The translations under genes and the position numbers were made by a program. From contig BFEA01000046.1 in the NCBI GenBank assembly GCA_003427395.1, positions 1,773,465 through 1,833,866 of the forward strand: 60,402 bases of DNA, in the 5' to 3' direction. The DNA is from Chara braunii. Its lineage: Eukaryota > Plantae > Charophyceae. This document shows, piece after piece, positions 21,866-36,019 of the stretch. Below the pieces are notes generated by a model. The model worked only from the letters and a program-made list of their open reading frames with translations. It made no database searches and was not told the origin of the DNA. Position 1 is the first letter of the stretch; the number at the start of each line of letters is the position of its first letter.

Positions 21866-22696
21866 CTTTTGATTTGTTTTTTTCTGTTGTCTTTTCTTTC
21901 AGTCATTCACGTCATTTTCACTTAAAACAAAAAAATGGCTTTGAAATTGAAGTAATGTAGGAATCTTTTTTTTTTTTTTTTTTTTTTTTGAGAAAATTTT
22001 GGTTGAGGTCAACACTTAAGGTGGAAAGAGCACCCTGCTACAATTAGAGTCTATGTGGAGGCTCAATATATTGGTAAGGAGCCACACCTAATGGAAAATG
22101 GGTCCAACATCCCAAATAGAACATTCAATACCAATAATGATACAACGATTTTCTATTGCTTCAAAGATTAGGTATAAACCCCTTACTGCTTGGGGTAAGT
22201 ATGTGTAGATCTCATGTTTGTACCATTATTGTGCTTTACCATTTCTCCTTGGGACATGGTATAGGGACAAGTATGGACTTCAAGTTGACCTGACGTAGGG
22301 ATGCATTCACAGTTGTATTTAAAACTTGATTGTGACATTTGTACTAGCAAAAGTAATCGTAAATCTTAGTAACTGATGAACACGAGGGTTGTGCGATCAA
22401 GGCACCCAAAGCAAAGAAAGCTTAAAGGATTACAACTGTCAATTTTACATATTTGCTATGTAGCATCGTGTTCTGGTTCGGTGACCGAACCCCAATGTTC
22501 GAGATCGAACGCGAACGAGCGTCAAAACCTTCCGTACGGGAACATAAAAATATTAAGAAGAAAAAAATAACTCAGAAAAATTTGAGAAAAAAAAATGTTA
22601 ATAATAATACAACCTGCGTAGCATCCCGTTCGTGTTCGCTTGCGAACGCGAACACGTTCGCCCGAATACGAACGGGCTTCGAAAATTAGCGAACGC

Positions 22697-22772
22697 GTTT
22701 GTCACAGCCCCTCGTTTGTTGTTCTCTTCTCTCTCTCTGCCTACGATTTACCAAGCAGTTCTATTTGTGACG
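22697..22772 (+). mobile_element. Shortest 5'-truncated copy of the second PLE-like family
   Basis: gtttgtcacagcccctcg...ttgtgacg followed by (AT)n; matches 7798-7873 and 57414-57489. Confidence 0.7.
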
Positions 22773-23099
22773 ATATATATATATATGACATATGACAATA
22801 TATATATATAGGGCAGGGGGGGCATGGGTGGTGTCCCCGAACCCCTACTCCTCTCCACGGTGTCTGCGAAGGGGGGACTCTCATTACACCTCCCCGCCCC
22901 CCGGCCCCCTTCCCGTACCAGTCGCACACATGTGACAGACTTCCCGTCACAGTCAGTCTTTTGGGCAGCACGCACAGACTGTGACAGACAGTCTGTTGGT
23001 TAGTTGCAACACAGAAACTGGTGGGGGCCAGCCTCTGTTACAGTTTGTGTTTGCTGCCCACCAGATCGTGACAGACGGTCTGTCACCATTTGACACAAG

Positions 23100-23571
23100 C
23101 TGTGACAGAGTCTGTCACACAGGAACACACACACCTAGGCTTGCTGCAGTAACACACACACACATATATAAACTTGTTGCACTCACACACACACACGCAC
23201 AAACACACATACATACAGTCGTTGCACTCACACAGTCACACACTCACAGTCTGGTGGGCAGCATGTCACACACGCACTCACACACACACACACACACACT
23301 CACACTCTCGCACACTCACACACCATGTCACTCACTCGGACACTCACACACTCACACACTCACACTCACACACTCACACACTCACACAGTCACACTATCG
23401 CACTCACAGTCTGTCACAGTCTCACACTCACACACTCACAGTCACACACTCACACTCACAGTCTGTCACAATCTGTCACACAATCTGTCACACACTCAGA
23501 CACTCACACACTCGCACACACACACTCACACTATCGCACACACAGTCTGTCACAGTCTCTCTCTCTCTCTG

Positions 23572-23640
<69 letters not shown>
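23100..23640. repeat. Degenerate (CA)n / CACACT low-complexity tract
   Basis: Seen directly. Confidence 0.9.
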
Positions 23641-24025
23641 GGGGAAGGTTGGGGGCGGGGGTTATGGCTGCGAGCTCACCTGGTGCGCTGAACGTCCAGC
23701 CGGGGGGAACGCGCGTCGGAATTCGATTTCGAATTCGAAATTGACTCCCACCAGCCCCCCGCCTACAGACCGCGGGCCACCCCTGCCCTCCCCAAGCCCC
23801 AAACCCCCGCCCCCGACAATCGCCGGCGACCGGTACCGGCCCCTGTGAACCGTGTTTGCGGCCTCCACAAACGTGTTCTCACGAACGTGTTCGTGACCCA
23901 TTCGCGCACACGTGCGAACGTGTTCGCACGGATGGGGAACACCGCGAACACGTTCACCGTGCTACGCAAAATACAACAAACTTTTGTCTAGGAGGTATGC
24001 TGAAATTCGTAACCAAACTCGAGTG

Positions 24026-24060
<35 letters not shown>

Positions 24061-24479
24061 AACATCCGAACATGTTCGGACGTTCGAAAAAACTCCGAAC
24101 ATATTTGGTGTGCTATACAGCGTATGTGTTTAAAACATAAGTTGTTTTGAAACTACTGAAGAATCGATTTATGTTGATAACTTTTTGAATGAAGAAGATG
24201 ATGAAGATTATAAGACACCAAGTTCCTATAAGTGGAACTTATGACCCGAGGAAAGAGACAGTTGGGAAGAATGTGGTATGTTAGAATCAATGTAACAGCT
24301 GTTGTTGTTAATGAACCGAGATAAAATTCTTTCAAAGGATGAAGAGGAAGTTGAAAAGAAAGAAGAAATTTCATTTATTTTTTAGCAGTATGAAAAAACC
24401 TACCAAGAGATTGGAAAAGTGATGAAAATAAAAAACAATAAAGAAATAATACTTCAAGAATTTAAGACAAAAATTCAGA

Positions 24480-25610
24480 CGAAACAGAGGTCACTTCTTT
24501 GTAGGCGTCAATGGAGAATTACCTAAACTAAGAGTTGTGTGCTGAAAAGAGACACAGTTATAAATATTTGTTGCTCTACATGAAAGGGTTGTAGTAGGTC
24601 ACAGAGCCACTGAAACAACCTACTCTAAAACAACTAAGCTTTACTTCTAGCTTGACATAAGAGAGACGATTTACAAATTTTGTAAATCATGTGTATTATA
24701 TCAGAAGAGATGTACAACAACAATAATTGAACTCTTATTTCCTACTATCCTGGTAGAGATAGGCATTCGAGTTCATCTAGATCTCATCACCATGCCTCTA
24801 GGCAAGAGAGGGATGAGATATAATCTGTTCTGATTATGTTGAAACAAAAACTGTAAAGAGGAAGATAACTGAACATGTGCGTAATTGGATAAAGAAAATT
24901 TATCTAAGCTATCTCTTCATTATAGAGTTTGTTTCAGAAAGAGGGTTTGAATTCATAAATGAGATTGTATGAAGGACCACTTTCTGATCGGGTGTCAGAA
25001 TCAGATATTTAACTACTTATCATCCTCAACAAAATGCACCAGTCGAGAGAGGTCACAAAACTTTGAAAGATTCATTGGCTAAATTGTGTGATGATAATCT
25101 CAACAACTGGCCAAGGATACTAAGAGCTACGGTCTATGCTGATAACATCACTGTTAAGAGGACCACTGATTATGCTCCATTCACTTTGTGGTATGGTCGG
25201 TATGCTACTTTACCTATTGACAGCATAATTAAGATATGGTCAAGTTAGAAAAGTGACAAGGAATATTCTCTCTTAGAATTTTTTCATATCAGAATCAGAC
25301 AGAGGTTGATCAGGTAATGGTTGATGCCGCAGAGAGAATGACAACCATCAAATTATATAATCAAGACAGATGGAAAATAAGAAATACATAAGAAAAGAAA
25401 AACAAAAGATTGGTGACCTTGTCCTTTTCTTTGAAAATTCTCTTGAGACTCAGTCGACTGCGCGCTCTGAGCCAGATGACTCGTCCCTTACAGAATCACA
25501 CGTGAAGGAGTGGGTAACGCATATGAGATATTTGAGATGGATGACTCAAGAGTTCATGATGTGGTATGGTCGGGACTCCATAAGTTCATCTTCAGAGACC
25601 CTGATCTAAT
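24480..25610 (+). pseudogene. Heavily decayed Ty3/gypsy-type integrase
   Basis: LH....GHRATETTY (zinc-binding His pair), FCKSC, TTYHPQQNAPVERGHKTLKDSLAKLC..W..ILRATVYADN..VKRTT.YAPFTL.YG (rve core); many stops. Confidence 0.85.
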
Positions 25611-27734
25611 TCCTACGATGATCACAAAGAGAGAAAATAAAACTTAATCATCAAGCAAAAGAGCAGTTTCTGAAAATTGAGGAGTACCGTGAGACAGTAA
25701 GGCACTGCAAGGCAGACGTTTCAGCGAACTCTGACGATTTTTCCATTGTTAATTAAGTATGTCAATTTGATGTATTTTAGTCTTGACACGAGAGACTAAG
25801 AGAGAACCTTTAAACAATTTATATTATTTTCTGCATCTGAATTCATTTTCATATTTTTGCAAGCAACAAGAACTAAAGAGATTAAAGTATCCTCGATGCA
25901 GAGTCACTGTTGATCCACGAGTAACAGATCCCTAAGAGTGAGGAATAACTGTGAGGTGTAGTTGCGGTAGGAGAGGATAAGATATCACTTTCCAAAGTAT
26001 TGACGCAGTGTCAGGATCAGAAAAACTCGTGATTGTGGCACTTCAAGGAGTGATGACTATTATTTCGATAACGAAGAGAATTTTACGGGCATAAAAAAAA
26101 TCATTTTGCTTGACCAAAAAGTTGTCAGTAAAAGGACTTCACGTTTTTTTTTTTAAGTTGTCGATCTTCGGTCTCAGATAAGAGAAGAAACCTCTCTGGA
26201 ACCAGTATCTCGATACTTCCTTAAGGCTGACTGGAGGGTTCTTAAGGTGTTCTAAGATGAGGGAAAGGACCTCTCTGGGACGAGTCTTTCTATGTTTCTT
26301 TGAGGCTGACGACATGTCTCTTGGAAAATTCTAAGGTGAGGGAAGAGACCTCTCTGGAATCACCACTGCATTCTCTTGAGGTTGAAGGAAAGTCTCTTGG
26401 GAGTACATTGCTGACTATTATTTGATGTTGTTTCGTGCCTTTTAAGGCTGAAGAGACGTCTCTTGAGAAATGTTTGTTCTGGTACGTGGAGCTTTGACAA
26501 TCTGCTTGTGGGTTTTCACATGTTTGTTTAATTCTCCGTACCTGAATTTTTCTTATCTAACCTAAGATGTCTTCGATTGTCGGGGTTAAACATTGCCTTA
26601 CCGCAGTAGGTTGCAATCTAGTAGGGTCAGCGGACCCCCGACTCGAGTATCGAATTTTGTAGTTGATTGAGACTAAGACTCCGAGACTTTGGTCTATGAG
26701 GTCAAAACGGGTCGGCTGGAATCCTACCACAGTTAGAGGTTGCAATCCAGTGGGTTCGCCGGAGTTTGAATCGTAGTTAGAATTGGTCCTACGTTAAAAA
26801 TTTGGGCGGGGCAGCTTGCGCATCGGTCCCACGGGGGACCCTCCCCGCTGCGTCACGCAGGATTCATGCAGGAGTTTTTGTCGTGATGCAGTGAAGCTTC
26901 GTCGCCGATCCAGCCGAGTGCGCCTAGAGCCACGTGAGATATAACTTACCTCCAACCAAGGGGCTGTCACCACCCTTGAACTGACATATTCCCGCCGAGC
27001 TACCGAACCACGTGGGAAAGCTAATCAGTTGCAATCATAGAGGTGGCCCAGTCGAGGGTGTTTCTCCTACGCTGTGGCATAGGAGGTACTTGTTGTCGAT
27101 CGGGCGATAGGTTTTGTTGCTACGTCAATCGATCACTGTATCTCGCCCTGTGTCTATGATCCACGAGAGGGTTGCTCTGGGCTCTTGTAACCTGTAGAGA
27201 TGCCCTGTCTCTCTCGACAACAAACAAGGTAGTTTTATAAGCATGGACGAGCAAATCATGAAACTCGCGGACAGGTCGCGGGAAGGAACAAAATAAACCT
27301 TTTACTCAATCCAAAACAATAGGGTCTGACGCGCTGCATTCGGTCCCATAAACAGGTTCAATGTCCATGTCCAGAAAATCGGTTCGAGCCCCAAAGGACC
27401 GCACACACAACCTACGAGGTATTCTCTTTCCTATCAGATGCCGCCGGTATCGGGGCCGTTGATCCCATGGCACCGTGCTGGAGCTCTCTGGGGCTGAGGT
27501 CGGCTCGCGGGCCCATTGAGGCTAAAACTCGAGGTCGAGCTTTACCATGGCCCCACACCCGATCACTGTCCTCCTTGATTGGTCAAAACTCGGGTTTAGT
27601 GGAACCTGTGAAATGTATCCTCGCCAATCCCCATATCAGAAAGTTCCTTGTCGCTCCTCGACTGAAATTCTGGTCAATCGTGGCCTCGGGTCAAGTATCT
27701 GCACCGAGTCTCGTTTAACTCTCAACTAGTAAGG

Positions 27735-28170
27735 TCCCGACCCGTGTCTCCTTCAAAGTCCCGTAGTCCTGGTTAAAATCCCGTAGAACCGGCCGATAGA
27801 GAGACCCATGCGTCCCAAACAAATCCCCGGACCCGTGTTTCGATCCAATTCCCGTACGTCCCCTTGTCAAAGTCCGTAATCCCGGTCAAAGCCTTGCAGT
27901 CCCGACCAAAGCCTCGTAGTCCCGACCGATAAAGTCCCTGCCAAAGTCCGGATCAAGGACGCGGAACGTGTCCTGGTCAAAGTCCTGCAGCCTATCCCGT
28001 GGTCCCTTATCAATAAGTCTCAACTGGTGTCTCGTAGTCCTTGGCCAATAAAATCCCAGCTCGTCTCCCGAACACGGCTCACGAACGTGCCCGGAACGAG
28101 TCCAACCACATGCCCGCCCAGAGTCATGTCCCGCTGAAGTACAGTGGCCCCGACCAACTCCTGTCAAAGT
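27735..28170. repeat. Degenerate short repeats (gtcccgtagtcc / gtcaaagtcc)
   Basis: Recurring motifs seen directly. Confidence 0.6.
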
Positions 28171-28394
28171 CGGTCTGTCCCAGGGGTCCTGTTGCCCCGG
28201 CGAATGTCACTACCCGCCGAGCCGTGGTCCCTGTCCACATCCCAATGTCTCTGTCTATTCGTTGGGTCGCGAGTGTGTGGGCACCCGCTGTGTGGGGCCG
28301 CACCCTCTGACAAGGCACAAAGCCGCTCATTCCTTTGCTCCCTCGCGCGAGCGCTGATGCGCGTCAGTGCGCGAGTCGCTGGCTGTGCTGTGAT

Positions 28395-28810
28395 GAGTGC
28401 CCGTGCACGTGGCCGCTTAGGACGGGGGCTGTGCGCGATTGCGTGCCCGTGTGTGCGGCCATGTAGGCTATGCGGGGGGGCTGCGCGTGGGTGTGCGCCT
28501 GTGCGTGGGGACTGCGCCCGTGAGAGTGGCCACGTAGGCTGTGGGGGGGGCTGTGCGAGGGTGTGTTCTCGTGTGAGCGACCACATAGGCTGTGCGAGGG
28601 GGCTGTGCGTGGGTGTGCGCCTGTGCGCGTGACCACATAGGTTGTGTGCGGGGGCTGCGTGCAGTTATGCGCAAGTGCGCGCGGCCACATAGGTTGTGCG
28701 AGGGGAGCTCTCGTGCATGTGGCCACGTAGGCTGTCCGTGGGGCCTGCACGTGGTTGAGTGCCCGTGCGTGCGCCCACGTAGGCTGTGCACGGGGGTGCA
28801 CCCTTGGCGT
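28395..28810. repeat. GC-rich degenerate tandem array (~40-65 bp, core ccacRtaggctgtgcg)
   Basis: Core recurs about 7-8 times and accounts for the many spurious ORFs here. Confidence 0.85.
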
Positions 28811-30807
28811 GCACGTGCGTGCAAGAATCCTGACCGCGCGCTTGGCTATGGCACGCACGTGCGTCCTGCTGTTGCCCCTGGTACCCGTACGCCCTATCCC
28901 CTTTACCTCTTGCCTCCCTTGTGCGCCTCCTTCGTCGCGAGCTGCCTCCTGGCTCCTCTACGCCTTCCTTCCAAGCTCCTGTAGTGCGTCTGCAAGTACG
29001 AAAGTGGGAAGTGTCTCGATCCCGGGCCCGGTTGGGTTTATATAGTTTGTCGGACCCATCTTGGAGGGGCCTCAGCACTCGCATGCCTCGAGGTTGCTGA
29101 CAAGTTTGAAGCGCCCTATTACCAGGGCTATTTCCGAGCCTAGGCACAGACCTATCTGGGGAGCCCGAAAGGTTTCCCGCCGAGGGGGCCTTTTTGTTGT
29201 GTACCGGTGTCGAAGGGTGCGGTGTCCCGATCCTCCGCTGTATGCCAGGCGTCCGCTCACTTGGCTCCGCTGTGTACCAGGCGTCCTCTCATTTTCCTCC
29301 GCTGAGTACGAAGTGCTTGCTCATGAACCTCTGCTGTCTATTGGGTAAAACATTCCACGGTGCTCTGCCCGGGATGTTCTCTGCTGAGGGACTGGTCCGG
29401 TTGATGCTCGCAGGCTAGTGGTGCGCCATTGGGTTTTGCCTAGCGGTCTTTTCACTTCTCATCTGCACACCAAGTCCCTATAGTTAGATCATGGGACGAG
29501 AGTCTAAAGAAAAGAAAAGGTGGGGGTGAAAAGAAAAGAAAAATGAAAGAGAAAAGGAAAGCAAAAAGGGAGGAAGAATTGGGGAAGAAATACCGAGATC
29601 CAGATCTGCATTTGTACCTAAGCCTTGACTGGAGGCGAGCGATGTGACAGTCCCTAGTGGTAGTACTTTTTGTTTCCCCTTCCACTTTTCTCTTAAATTC
29701 TTTAGTCGGTCGCCCTATCATTTCACGGGGGGGGGATAACGATTTGTCTTTGAACCATGATAGCGAAGTGGCGGCCCAGGCTGAACGACCTTTCGTGTTT
29801 TACTGTGGTACAGAAGCGACCTGCCGAGCGCTGCTCTGGTAGAGCCCCAAAAGGGAGCACCCGCGGCCGCTTCGGTAGGGGACCTATCACCTTCCGAGAA
29901 AGGTCATAAGCCCCCTCCTTACCATCAGACACGGGTACCCATGAGGGGTAGATCAGCGACTTCCTTTGAAAGAGGGACGCGCCCACCCGTATTCCATTAT
30001 GGGACCACAATAACGAGCCTGCGGTCATTTCATACTAAAAATGAAAGGACTAGTGATTGACCACTAAGTGAGCCGCTTGTGCTATCACCGTTAAGGTTCA
30101 ACTTCTCGTTCTCCCTCTTACTTTATATCTTATTTTATTATTTTCTTAATTTACAGATTGCTAGGATAGGGATTGCATCTTGCGGCGATCATATAAAGAG
30201 AGGGAAGCGAGCCTTTGGCAGATTAGGCATGAGCAGCCTCATTACGCTTGGTATTGACGAGCGGAGGAGAAAGGGCTAAGAGTAGTGGTGAGTGTGAGGC
30301 AGTCCATTTGAGTGTGCATGTACTGGGTGCTAAGGCCGGGCTATTCTGGAATCGGCGACCTGGTAACATATACGGTCCGTCCAAGCTCACCATGGTGCGC
30401 AGCAATGGGCGGTACGACTACAGGCCAAAGTACCTACTGTTTCTCTACAGGTGGGAGCGAATATCGGGGGATGGCCCTGTCCTGACGGCCATCTTGGACT
30501 ACAGTCGCTGCAACCAGGAGGCAAGGCTGACGGTAAATGTAGAGGGGGGGAAACAAGAGGAAATGAGAGCGGACCAGGGGATGCAGTTGGCCATCACGAA
30601 GGCCAAAGACCGTACCGAGAGAAGGTGCAAGAGGAAGAACGGGAGCAACAACATTTGGACCGGGACACTAACGCCGAGAGCGAAGCCAGTGACCTATTTG
30701 CGGAGATTCAGTCTTGGCCCGGGCTGGACCATTGGCGGAAGGACCACCCGTCGGCCGAGCCTATAGAGAACGTTCCAGAGGTCAATTCTAAACGATGACG
30801 GCAAGAC

Positions 30808-32115
30808 TGAAAGCAAGGCGCAGTCACAGTTATGGGGACAGTGACGTGCGTGACGATTACACTCAAGAGTGGGAGGAGAGAGACTAAGAAGTCAACGAAT
30901 TTCTAGATGGTTCATGTCGGACAATGCCCTCCCAACGGAGAGAGTGTGAGAACACGTGTTGGTGTACGGAGTAGCTATGGTTGATGTCACTCACTTGGGT
31001 TTTCGACCGTACGCTCGGGGGATCTTTATCTCGCCTCTCGGGCCTTTACTGAAGCGGGAACATGTCATCGCTCCTCTGGATTCGTGTCCAACAATATAGA
31101 GTTTTGCAGGCATGCGCGTTTGGGTGTGGGAGAAAGAGCGCGTGTGAGTTTGCAGTCTCGATTGACATCAATCGCTCTCGCTTATACACATCTAGATGTG
31201 TATAAGAGACCTCGGGGGATCTTTATCTCGCCTCTCGGGCCTTTACTGAAGCGGGAACACGTCATCGCTTCTCTGGATTCGTGTCCAACAATATAGAGTT
31301 TTGCAGGCATGCGCGTTTGGGTGTGGGAGAAAGAGCGCGTGTGAGTTTGCAGTCTCGATTGACATCAATCGCTCTCGCGAGAGTCTAACTTACTACGATG
31401 GACATAGTAAGAAGTCAAAAGGCATGGGAGAAAAGAGAACAACGAGAGCAACGAGAGCTGAGGTCTTGAAGTGATTACGAGTGGGCAGTTTGAGTGATGA
31501 TACGAGTCAGTGCATACGCGAGAAGCGGTGCACATGGTGGGGAGGTCAACACTTGAAGAAAACTGAAAGCAAGGCACAGTCACAGTTACGGGGACATTGA
31601 CGTGCGTGACGATTACGCTCAAGAGTGGGAGGAGAGAGACTCAGAGGTCAACGAATTTCTGGATGGTTTGTGGCGGACAATGCCCTCCCAACGGAGAGAG
31701 CGTGAGAACACGTGATGGTGTACGGAGTAGCTATGGTTGACGTCACTCACCTGGGTTTTCGACCGTACGCTCGGGGGATCTTTATCTCGCCTCTCGGGCC
31801 TTTACTGAAGCGGGAACACGTCATCGCTTCTCTGGATTCGTGTCCAACAATATAGAGTTTTGCAGGCATGCGCGTTTGGGTGTGGGAGAAAGAGCGCGTG
31901 TGAGTTTGCAGTCTCGATTGACATCAATCGCTCTCGCGAGAGTCTGACTTACTACGATGGACATAGTAAGAAGAGGCATGGGAGAAAAGAGAACAACGAG
32001 AGCAACGAGAGCTAAGGTCTTGAAGTGATTACGAGTGGGCAGTTTGAGTGATGATACGAGTTGATGCATACTCGAGAAGCGGTGCGCATGGTGGGGAGGT
32101 GAACACTTGAAGAAG
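30808..32115. repeat. Tandem duplication (~750 bp offset), partly artefactual
   Basis: 30808-31180 matches 31562-31937; 31211-31560 matches 31770-32115; a library adapter sits inside. Confidence 0.8.
31181..31210. other. Nextera mate-pair junction adapter (Tn5 mosaic ends) contamination
   Basis: CTTATACACATCT-AGATGTGTATAAGAGAC is an exact sub-sequence of CTGTCTCTTATACACATCTAGATGTGTATAAGAGACAG. Confidence 0.97.
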
Positions 32116-35100
32116 AAGGGGAATTGAATAATGCTTACGACGGAAACACTCGCAAGTGGTCACTCACGTCAACGGTATCTAGATGGGTCAAGCTCACGAC
32201 GGTGGGATTGAGGGGCGAGTCTCAAAGCGATCACGGGTGTGTGTGCAGTAACGAGAGGGGAACGGGGTACAACTTACGTGTGCCTATAAGGTCGCCTATC
32301 AGATTGAAGGTGGGCATGAACACTTCGGTTGATCTTACGGCCCGACTAGACTAGCTTGTTACGAGAGGAAGACTGACCACTAGATGATGTCGAGCTATAG
32401 ACAGACGTCACAGTCATACGAGACAGGAACGAGAGCAGATGACATACGAGGAAGCGTGTATGCTGGCCTGCGAAGAGGTTCTATGTGAAGATCTCACGAA
32501 ACTAATGTGCGCTCTATATAGAGTACGCCTCTGATTCCTTGGGAGAGCTGGCTGGAAGCAGGCTCGTCCTTCCACAGAGACGAAGGGTGACGAACATTTT
32601 AGACTCCCTCTTCTTTTCGTGATAAAGTGATGTCGTTGCCGTCTCTGTGAATGACCTTCTTCACTTCTTATCGCAAGAAAGAAGAAGCCTAGTACGAATG
32701 AGTGGGACTGCATACAGGCTGAGAACGAGGATTTTGGAAGTCGAAGCTGTGAAAGAGCCGCGCCAAAGCTCGTTGTGGATAACACTTTGTTTCGCCCTTC
32801 TAGTCGACTCATGCGCTGACAATCCGTAGGCTATAAGATAAAACCAATTATGAGCTCCTAAGTGAGAAGAGACTTGACGACACCTACATGCTTATTGTGT
32901 GTTTGACGAGAATGAAATGGGCCACCGAGGTCAGCAGCCTGCTCGTGGGTATGGTCCCCATTTTAGTGCAGCGGAAGTTGTCATGAAGAGTTTAGGTCAT
33001 GTTGAGAAAGTTGTTCGTGAAGGAGCAATTAACTGGGGACTGATAGATATCAATCTCGAGATGTTAGGGGTATAGACAGAAGGAGCCAACCTTATCATCC
33101 GAAGGTACGCAAGAACAGCAAGATTGTTGACATCATCCAACCCTTCAAGTGGGTTATGGTGAATTATTTCGTGCTTTACTCCTATGGTAAAGAAAAGGAA
33201 AGTTTATGTACTAAGCAAGGGATTCAATCATATACTTCAATGCCTGGGACGGTTTGATGACGAAAATGATGTCTGATGTTCTTGAGGAAAGCATGTTTGT
33301 CCTTCGTGAGCAGTAACGTTTGCTGCACTATTTGTTTGAGTCCTCAGGGAGTGATCATACTCTTTGATAACCAATACTTCATCCTATCTTTATTGTCATT
33401 GCCTTTTTCTTCCTCGTTCAATTTAATCCCTAACGGTTCGATGACCAATTGTAACTGGCCCTCATGTGATACGAAATAGCTAGAACTATCAATTAGCCTC
33501 GACTTGAAAGTGGGTACGTTGTGTCCAACCGAATGATCACTGTACATTCCGAAGTAAGCAACCATACAGAGTTATTGTAGTGACCTCGTATGTGTCATGG
33601 ACTTGGACAATATGAAATGGTTAGCAGCGAACGAAGTGAGAAGTAACATGAACGAATGAGTGACGGTTGGTCTTAGTGACATCTTTGGCCTTGGTGGCAG
33701 GAAGAGTAAATGAGTGAGGTATGAATTGACAAGGAGTGCAGAGCTCGCTTGATATATCTGATGATGACCTTAAACCAAAGTTACTTGATTTTTTTGTTTT
33801 ATGCCTGTTGCAAAGAAGACACTTAAACGTTGGGCGAGAGGCCTTGATGTTTCGATCGAGTCAGTCAAATAGGGAAAGGTTGTTCTCACGTCTTATTCAA
33901 CTTGAATTCCCCAAGTAATCATTTTGCCGTCTTTGCTTACCTACTTCAGAAGATAGCACGAAAGTGTAACTCTTTGATAAATTGTGATACAAACTGAAAC
34001 CGACACGCCATAAGAAAAATGTTTTATTCATTGTGATCGTTCATTGTGCTTCAACTCGACGATCAGGGAAAGAAGTTTAGTTGAGCCCGTAACTTAAGCA
34101 CGCCGATTAATGGGCAAGAAACAATGAATGTTAACGAAGGTTGATTACTTGTTGGCCGAATTTCACCCGGAAAAGGATTGACTAGCACTTACTACTTTAT
34201 TTTTTCATACTGCATCTAAGACTTGAAGTACAAATCTATGAGAGATAAAAAGGAAGGATGAGAAGAAGAGGTGTGTCGAGATATGGAATCACATAGGAAA
34301 GCTCAACCTAAACATGCGGTTCGGATGGTAAAAGGGGAAACATATATCGAATATGTATACTATTTTTATGGTCACGAAGGTAAACTACACAGTATTCGCT
34401 CGTTGCTAAAGACAGTGGAACACGCCAAAACAAGGTTCGGGTGAGCACAAAGGTGTTAAACTTTTCTTCCTAAAAACCCCGATAGCATATCAAGTTAGCA
34501 ACTGTCGCGCAGACACTAAGTGACCAGTACTTGGTGATTCGTTATCGAACTTGTATTCAGTCAGCGTTTAACCAGTGTTCAGTCATCATTCAGTCGTTCG
34601 AGTTACTCAAAAGTTTTAGTCAAGGTCAATGAGCGCTCAACCCTTCTTATTTGCGCCAGAGATCGGTATCAATCAGTAATCAATCATTACTAGAAGACAC
34701 AGGGATCGGTTTCAACATTCGACTCAACTCATGAGTACAGTTCGGTCATTCTCGGTCGAGGGGTCAATGTTGACCAGACTTAACAAGATTGCTTCCAATG
34801 ATGTTTTCCGATACCAATACATCAGTGCAGTTGATTTCAGACAGAGAGACCTATCCATTTTTATGGTTCTCAATAAATTTGCACACGGTACCATCCATGA
34901 CATGAGACTCTATGTGAAGAAAGGCAAAGAGACGCATGAGCACTTTGATTCAGTTTGGATTTCGGCTGCCAAGTAGCTTGAGGACAAATAAAAAAAGTTT
35001 AACGAGAGTGGGACAAAGTTGATCTACAGCTTCGGACCCAAGCTCTATACAGACTACCTCAAACCTCTTATTCCCTTCACTCTTACAGACGACTCCTGCT

Positions 35101-36019
35101 GGAGTGACTTGGTGGATCTAACCAAGAGGTACATTTCTCCTGCAGAGATTGACTATAAGGCAGTGACCGAACCATTCGAGTTTCGATATTTTAGACGAGG
35201 GATCTTCTCTCAACCATATTTTTATACTCTATGGGAGAATTTTTGTCCTATGGTTGACTTTCGTATCATGGGACGCGGTTGGAAGTGTTCGGAGCTTTCA
35301 GGCTTCAAGTGACTTTACATTTAGAAGTTTCAGTCTCGGGAAGTACACAGGCATAGCCCAAGGCACAAGAGGCACACAACCAAAATGAGAGGTCAATTTT
35401 GAGACTTTAGAGGGATAAGTGAGGGTTTTTTACTAGTGTTGGCCGTGTCTATTCATCTTTACTTCCTTGAGATTATTGTGAGTTCTCTCATTCTTCCCTC
35501 ATTTACCTTTGTCTTCGCTCGAGTCAGTTGGTCCTGCTTCATTTGCATGGACTCTGCTTGATGATTGTGTTCTCTAATAATCTTGTTAGAGTTCTCAAAA
35601 TTAGCAAATTGGCAAAATCGGTAGTTGCATGACACGTCGGAAATACCGTTTGGGCAACTTTGCACAATAGTGGCAATACCCAGGCCCATAGGTATGGCAG
35701 TTTGCCTCCGTGATTCAAACTTTCGAAGTCATTCGAAGTGTCTGCCCCTGCCTCACTCTGTGTTAGGCAGCTTCTCCTTGGTAAGTTTGCCCATCTCCAA
35801 CTCCTCCCCCACAATTCCTCCAAGTTCTCCTCTTTTGCCATCTCGGACATCCTCCTGCGGGCAACCCCTTCAAACTCCAACTCTCTCTCTCTCTCTCTCA
35901 GCGCAACTGCTAAAATGACAGTGCCTTCGCCCCAAACTAGACAGAAAGTTGCTCCAAAAAATTACAGCCATAATGGCATTGCCTTCTCTTCAACGTGCGT
36001 TTTTTCTGGAGGCAACAGC

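Larger units (their letters stand above)
22614..23969. mobile_element. Nested related non-autonomous hAT-type element with (CA)-rich interior
   Basis: ctgcgtagca...tgctacgcaa with perfect 8-bp TSD aatacaac (22606-22613 and 23970-23977). Confidence 0.85.
22456..24120. mobile_element. MITE of the same family in opposite orientation, carrying nested insertions
   Basis: ctatgtagca...tgctatacag; ends are the reverse complement of the 21522-21865 ends; degenerate TSD catatttg/cgtatgtg. Confidence 0.75.
27186..29450 (-). mobile_element. Possible large solo-LTR-like noncoding repeat; boundaries uncertain
   Basis: CTATATAAACCC TATA-like box on the minus strand at ~29034-29045; internal tandem arrays; no partner LTR, PBS or TSD identified. 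Confidence 0.3.

Noticed and set aside
31181-31210. Tn5/IS50 ends suggesting horizontal transfer
   Set aside because: This is the synthetic mosaic end in the Nextera mate-pair junction configuration.
34731-35312. Possible decayed gag-like ORF fragments
   Set aside because: Somewhat protein-like, but no diagnostic motif that I can recognise.
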